Shown here: piece after piece, positions 9,295 to 14,675 of the stretch
Layout: each line of letters begins with the position of its first letter
Position numbering within the stretch: position 1 is the first letter of the stretch
Origin: Ascoidea asiatica JCM 7603
Lineage: Eukaryota > Fungi > Ascomycota
Direction: 5' to 3'
DNA: 14,675 nt
NCBI GenBank assembly: GCA_001600695.1
Contig: BCKQ01000002.1
Span: 1,966,259 to 1,980,933 of the forward strand
Notes under the pieces: model-generated
Database searches by the model: none
The model's input: only the letters and a program-made list of their open reading frames with translations
Told to the model about the DNA's origin: nothing
Position numbers and translations under genes: made by a program

Positions 9295-9473
9295 CTTTTT
9301 TTTTCATTTGATATTTCTTCTCTTTTATTATTCTATTCCATTATAGATTTTAATAAATTTATTTTCCTTTTGATTGATTCTGAATATGTACGGATTTAAA
9401 TAATGGAAATGTGAGTTATACAGTATATACAATATGTTTTATTCATTATTTCATTATATCATATCATATAAAT

Positions 9474-10067
9474 TCAAGTATAAATACCAAAATTTTCTTT
9501 ACTTTTTGCAAGAAAATTAGCTTGAAAGAAGTTTTCAATTTTATTACAATTTAATTTTTCCAAATTAATATTCAGAAAATAAGTTATATTCAGGGATGTA
9601 TTCAAATGCGCTCCAATTCTAGCTAATTTATCAGCTTCCATATTTCCAAATATTCCAGAATGTCCTTTAATATGCTTTATTTTTAATGGAGGAAAATTTA
9701 ATTTTAAATATTTTGTATTAATATTTTTAATTAAACTCAATGAAGTTTCAATTAAATCAACATCTTTTGATGGTTTATTGAGTTCATTCAAAGATAATAC
9801 TGAGCTTTTATTGTCACTTAAGATTTGATAATGCTCTTTAAAATTTTAAGAATTCAATTCATTTTTAATTATTAAAAGTACAAATACAAGTGCAAATAAT
9901 TCAGCTCTTTGACTTGTTTGCCTACCAATTACAGAACCAGAATAATTTCTTTTATCATTCAAACCAAAAAAACATCCAAAACCTGCTCTTGGAAAATTTC
10001 CACTATTATTTAAACATGAACCATCTGTATAAATATCATGACTATTAACTTTAGCTTTTTTAGGCAT
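9474..10067 (-). pseudogene. Stand-alone eukaryotic-type RNase H1 catalytic domain interrupted by one in-frame TAA (9846-9848)
   Basis: The two ORF-track fragments are in the same frame, joined by *NFKEHYQILSDNKSSVLS. Motifs IYTDGSC, QRAEL, QILSD, HIKGHSG and GNMEADKLA are all present. There is no N-terminal hybrid-binding domain. Confidence 0.85.
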
Positions 10068-10386
10068 TTTTCTGAATTTATACTATATATTTTGTTAATT
10101 AACTCTAATATCTAATAAAACTTTCATCTTTCTTTTTCTCTTTTTCTTTCATCATTCTCTTCTTCTTCCAAAAAGTACTCATCTTCCTTTAAATATCACC
10201 AATTACAACTAAGAACATTGATATATTCAATTCAAATAAAGCAAGAATAAAATTTCTTTTCAATAAAACTTTCCTCTTTGATTGAAAAAAAAAAAAAAAC
10301 TTCACACTTCTTTTATAATTTCCTGAATCAACAATAAATCTCACTCTCAATGGTAATGAGTAAATCAACAAACCTTCAATATTTAC

Positions 10387-10458
10387 GGGCCAGTAGTGTA
10401 GTGGTCATCATATTTGCCTTCCAAGCAGATGACATGGGTTCGATTCCCGTCTGGCTCA
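10387..10458 (+). tRNA. tRNA-Gly(UCC), intronless
   Basis: Acceptor GGGCCAG/CTGGCTC, A-box TAGTGTAGTGG, anticodon arm TTTGC-CTTCCAA-GCAGA, T arm ATGGG-TTCGATT-CCCGT, T8 terminator. Confidence 0.95.
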
Positions 10459-10466
10459 TTTTTTTT

Positions 10467-10530
10467 CAATTTTTTCAATTTTTTCAATTTTTTCAATTTT
10501 TTCAATTTTTTCAATTTTTTTAATTTTTTT
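10467..10530 (+). repeat. (CAATTTTTT)6 plus one degenerate unit, directly downstream of tRNA-Gly
   Basis: 9-bp period read directly from the sequence; each unit contains a T6 Pol III terminator-type run. Confidence 0.9.
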
Positions 10531-10644
10531 CAAAAATTGTAAATTGATAAAGTAATTGAATAATTTATTGTTGAACAAAAATATGTATTGAGAGAAATCT
10601 ATATTGAGTGAAAATGTGGTTGATGTTGATGTTGTGATTTGTAA

Positions 10645-11882
10645 TTAATTGGGAACTAGTTTAAAAGAAAGTATATCATTTTTTTTAATATCAACTAAAT
10701 CATCTTCACCAACTTTTAATCCACCAACACCTTCAATAGCAGCTATGGTAACATCACCCATGATATGTCTTGCAACTTTTCCAACAGGAGTATTTTTTTT
10801 AACAAGCATACAATCTCTAAATACATTTTTACCAGAAGATCCAGTGAATGTTTGAATATTTCTAACTGTATATATAGGTATTAATTCTAATTCTTCTATT
10901 GCTTTTTGTAAAATTTGAACAACACCAGTTGAACCAAATCTATATAAAACTAAATCTCTTATATTTTCAACTTTTTCTTTTAATTTTTCATCCATTTCTT
11001 TTAATGAATTATTATCATCATTTGGTAAATCTTCTTTAAGATCAATAAATTCAGTACCTTCTTCATATTTTAAATAATTTTGTTTTTGTAATTTTCTTAA
11101 AAAAACTTCAGAAATTGCACTACATAATACTGCTTTTTTATTTGGATATTTTTTTAAAATTTTACTTACATTTTTATCAGCATCAGGATGATCAATTTTA
11201 TTTAATGCTAAAACTGTTGGAAATTTAACATTCATAAATGATCTTACAACTTTTTTTATCATATTACTATCCCAAGTTTCTAAAGGTGGTAAATTTGGTA
11301 TTAATCTTAAAGCTTTTGAAATCATTTCTGCATTTGAACTATAACCACCTAATTGACTTTGTAAAGTTGAAACTATTGTTGATTTAGTTGAAGTATGACG
11401 ACGTACAATTGATGACCATCTTTTTAATAAATTACCTTCAATCCACATTTCAATTTCATCTTGTAACCATTCAACATCTCTTAAAGGATCATAACCTCTG
11501 GTAATTTTACCTTCTTCATTAGTTGTACCAGAAACATCAACAACATGAATTAAAGCATCTGAATGTCTTAAATCATCAAGAAATTTATTACCTAAACCTT
11601 TACCCTCATGAGCTCCAGGTACTAAACCTGCAACATCTAAAAGTGTTATAGGTATATATCTTTTACCTTTATTACATCTACCATAAGTTGGTTTACATAA
11701 ATTTTCTAAAGAATATCTTGAACATGCACAATCAACAATTACATAACCTGTTGCTTTATTTGGTTCAATTGTTGTAAATGGAAATGCACCAACTTTTGCA
11801 CCAGCATCTGTTAAACTATTAAGAGTTGTAGATTTACCACTTGATGGTTTTCCAACTATTCCTATTACTATTTCCTTTGGCA

Positions 11883-11883
<1 letters not shown>
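10645..11883 (-). CDS. Obg-family GTPase, Ygr210c-like (412 aa from ATG at 11883)
   Basis: G1 [10 protein letters not shown]2 [10 protein letters not shown]3 [10 protein letters not shown]4 NKID, C-terminal RDC motif. [26 protein letters not shown] closely resembles yeast YGR210C. The upstream GTG start in the ORF track runs through an (AT)n repeat. Confidence 0.93.
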
Positions 11884-11913
<30 letters not shown>

Positions 11914-12467
11914 ATATTTATTTTGAAACTTAAAATACACTCAATTCTTTTTTAATTATCTAAAATCTCCTAAGTTGCCAGTCTGTTTCCAATTGATTAT
12001 CATTATTTTACAATGTCCAAACAGCAACAGTTCTCCCTCTTTCTTTTCTTCCTATCTCTCTTTCCAAAATCAATTGTTTCTTTCCTCAAAAGCTCCAATC
12101 TCTTGTCAATTTCTTTCCAATCTCTGCTCAATTTCTGTAGTTTCTTTCAGATTCCAAATCAAAGTCAGAAATCAAACAAAAAATTAAAAATATTTCAAAT
12201 TAAGATTATGTAATCAGTTACGTAACAAGTTCCCTGTTTATGGCGTCAATTTAAAAAGTGTTTTGAGACCATTTCCACGGTTCTTCTTCTTTAGTTCTTC
12301 TGGCAACCGATAAAATTCAATTTGAGCTCAGCTGAAATAAATATAAAAAATAAAGTTATCGTAAAGGGAAAAATTGAATGAAATAATGGATTTATGTTTA
12401 ATAATTAAAGAATTAAATGTCTAAATAACCAAATGATCAGTGATAATAATTATAATAATAACATAAA

Positions 12468-13667
12468 ATGACAAGAACTACACAGAGAAGACTTTCAAAT
12501 AATGAGAAACTTCCTGAATCAGAAAAAGAAAAACCATTATCGAAAAATGAAATTAGAAAATCAAATAATAAAAATTCATGTATTTCAATAATATTTAAAA
12601 TTATAAATTCTCCAATTTATCCTATAATTAAATTTGAATCAATAAATTTATCAGCAAAATTATTTGATATTTTATTTGATTATTCTAATTTCATTCAATT
12701 TGATCCATTTGAAAATAATCATAATTCAATTATTGAATTTTTCATTAATGGTTATTCATTAAATTTAAATCAACTTATTAATAATGAAATCAATGAAATT
12801 AATGAAATCACAATCAATGATATTAGAGATTTATATACAAATACTTTAAAAGAACGTATATATAATGGTCCATTAGACGTTACAATTAATGTAATTTTGA
12901 AAAATTTTAATTTAAATAATTTATTATTATATAATAAATCAAATAATTTCATGAATTATAATTCAAAAAATTTAAATAATTTAAAACAAGTCTCTCCTTT
13001 AGTTTATATAAAATTTGATGATACTCATTTAATTTATGAAACAACTAAAGATATTAGAATTAAAAAAAAAAATTCATTATTTAATCCAATTTATACTAAT
13101 AATATATTAGAAGATGCAAATCCATTAGTTCCATATAAATCTTTAATATTTACATATTCAATCCCATCACCATCATCTACTTCTTCCCCTTCTACTTTTT
13201 CTTCAATAATTTTTTTAGATTTTCTCACAAGAATATTCCCAAATAATCTATTAACGTATATGAAAGATGTTCATAATAAAAATATAATATTTAGAGATAA
13301 AGGTTTTTCTACTATTTATTTATTATCTGATCAAATTCATTTTAAAAATAAAGAACTTAAATCAAAAATAATTTTTGCTGAATTTAAAGATATAAATATG
13401 AGTTTTAAAGAACATAAAAAAAAAATTTTAAAATTAAAAAAAGAAAAAAATCAAATTCAAATTCAAAATCAAAATCAAAATCAAAATAAGGATAAAGATA
13501 AAGATAAAGAGAAAGATACTAATAATGAGAATACCGATAATGAGATTATAAATAATGAAGATATAAATCAAAATTGTAAAAAAAGAAAAATAATTGAAAC
13601 TGATAAAGACTCTGAAAAATTAACTTGTAATTTGTTTTTACAGGCTAAACCTGAAATTACACTTTAA
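12468..13667 (+). CDS. Hypothetical protein, 399 aa, with basic C-terminal NLS-like clusters
   Basis: Long ORF with a good ATG context (ATAAAATG), composition like neighbouring genes, divergent from the GTPase gene. No family confidently recognised. Confidence 0.75.
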   Translation: MTRTTQRRLSNNEKLPESEKEKPLSKNEIRKSNNKNSCISIIFKIINSPIYPIIKFESINLSAKLFDILFDYSNFIQFDPFENNHNSIIEFFINGYSLNLNQLINNEINEINEITINDIRDLYTNTLKERIYNGPLDVTINVILKNFNLNNLLLYNKSNNFMNYNSKNLNNLKQVSPLVYIKFDDTHLIYETTKDIRIKKKNSLFNPIYTNNILEDANPLVPYKSLIFTYSIPSPSSTSSPSTFSSIIFLDFLTRIFPNNLLTYMKDVHNKNIIFRDKGFSTIYLLSDQIHFKNKELKSKIIFAEFKDINMSFKEHKKKILKLKKEKNQIQIQNQNQNQNKDKDKDKEKDTNNENTDNEIINNEDINQNCKKRKIIETDKDSEKLTCNLFLQAKPEITL

Positions 13668-13854
13668 ATCGGTTTGTAAAAACTCTCTAGTATTTGGTAT
13701 TTAGTATTTAGTATTTAGTATTTGTTGTGATATATATTGGTAACGTTATAAAGTATTATATTAAAGGGTGAATGAGTCTCACTTACACCTTTTTTTGAAA
13801 TGAATAAAATAAGAAAGTTTTAAAGCTGTTCAATAACATGAAGATGAAGAATGA

Positions 13855-14412
13855 TTATCTTCTTCCCTCGATATAATAGACCCTTCTTGGTTCATCAAAA
13901 GTTAATTGTCTTGGAACAGGCTTATTCTTTATAGTAACTATTCTTACTGATTGATACTTTCTTGAGGAATATTCATCATATGAATGATCTTTGGATTCTC
14001 TTGTATAAATGATTCTTTCTCTTAATAGAACATGATTCTTTTCATCAGGCATCACATATCTTTCCATAACTTTCTTACCTTCCAAGTTTCTAGCAATGCT
14101 TCTTTCTCTAATACTATTGACATTTGAACTTAATGAAGAATTAGATATAGTTGATTTTAAATTATCACCCAATTTAGAATTATCTACAAAATAAATATCT
14201 TTATTCTTATCTGGTTTTAAATCTATAACATTTTGAAGTTTTTTACCAATTAGTTCATTTAAAAATAATGTTTTATTTTTGGACATAACAAAATTTAAAA
14301 TTTGTATATATTTATTATCTTTTAAATATCCTGAAATTATTTTATTTGCACCTTCAGCTAATTCTGGTAAATTTTTAAGAATAAAAGATAAAACATTAAC
14401 AGCAAAATCCAT
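13855..14412 (-). CDS. Orphan protein, 185 aa, with amphipathic N-terminus; full-length paralog of 272..496
   Basis: Intact ORF within the right repeat arm; reading frame conserved with the left copy over 64 codons with no indels. Confidence 0.8.
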   Translation of the reverse strand: MDFAVNVLSFILKNLPELAEGANKIISGYLKDNKYIQILNFVMSKNKTLFLNELIGKKLQNVIDLKPDKNKDIYFVDNSKLGDNLKSTISNSSLSSNVNSIRERSIARNLEGKKVMERYVMPDEKNHVLLRERIIYTRESKDHSYDEYSSRKYQSVRIVTIKNKPVPRQLTFDEPRRVYYIEGRR

Positions 14413-14418
14413 AATTTT

Positions 14419-14468
14419 TTATCTTATCTTATCTTATCCTATCCTATCCTATCTTATCTTATCTTATC
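14419..14468 (-). repeat. Compound pentanucleotide array (GATAA)3(GATAG)3(GATAA)4 immediately 5' of the ATG of the right ORF
   Basis: Read directly from the sequence; two units shorter than the left copy. Confidence 0.95.
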
Positions 14469-14675
14469 TTATTATTATAACTTAATTCAATAACCTACAA
14501 TTCAAAAGGATTAGAAAAAAAAAAAATTGATAGAAACTTTCCTCTATTTATATTAAAATTATAATACAATTAAAAATCTATTACAACTATAATTTGAAGG
14601 TGAATTCAGTAGTAAAAAATTCAAGAGGGATAAAGATTCATTATTGCATCTATATCCCAAGAAAAAAAAGAACTT

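Larger units (their letters stand above)
13686..14675 (-). repeat. Right arm of window-bounding inverted duplication
   Basis: The reverse complement begins AAGTTCTTTTTTTTCTTGGGATATAGATGCAATAATG, identical to position 1 onward. It contains the 185-aa ORF and the homologous 3' region. The inner boundary is approximate. Confidence 0.97.

Noticed and set aside
9830-9890. Intron that would remove the RNase H stop codon
   Set aside because: No GTATGT-type donor or TACTAAC branch point; the nearest GT..AG (46 nt) shifts the frame, and the read-through frame already has correct motif spacing.
11884-11940. 19-aa N-terminal extension of the GTPase in the ORF track
   Set aside because: GTG start running through an (AT)n tract; family similarity begins at the ATG at 11883.
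10189-12952. Short ORFs 10189..10371, 10649..10855, 11975..12187, 12013..12213 and 12770..12952
   Set aside because: Antisense to real genes or within promoter DNA, low complexity, no motifs.
13855-14412. End genes as mating-type (MAT) transcription factors
   Set aside because: No HMG box, homeodomain or alpha-box motif recognisable, and no SLA2/APN2-type neighbours in the window.
1-14675. Whole window as an autonomous giant transposon or linear plasmid with terminal inverted repeats
   Set aside because: No transposase, tyrosine recombinase, integrase or protein-primed polymerase; the cargo is ordinary nuclear housekeeping genes and tRNAs; a target-site duplication cannot be assessed.

Overview
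AT-rich budding-yeast (Saccharomycotina-like) chromosomal DNA; the genes are intronless and full of Asn-rich low-complexity tracts. The whole window is bracketed by an inverted duplication of one orphan gene unit. Bases 1-~270 and ~14413-14675 are near-identical reverse complements (one substitution plus repeat-length differences). The inward-pointing ORFs that follow have diverged (about 85% nt, 44/64 aa over the shared N-terminus) into a full-length 185-aa form on the right and an internally deleted 74-aa form on the left. This architecture suggests an invertible (flip-flop) or gene-converting segment, though no recombinase or transposase is encoded here. The interior holds: a 313-bp MITE-like element with perfect 46-bp inverted ends and three CACGTG boxes; tRNA-Ile(UAU, intron); a GPI-anchored yapsin-like aspartic protease with degenerate catalytic motifs; an Mch4/Mch5-like MFS transporter; tRNA-Lys(CUU, intron); PEP7/VAC1; a stand-alone RNase H1 domain interrupted by one in-frame TAA; tRNA-Gly(UCC); a YGR210C-like Obg GTPase; and a 399-aa unknown ORF.
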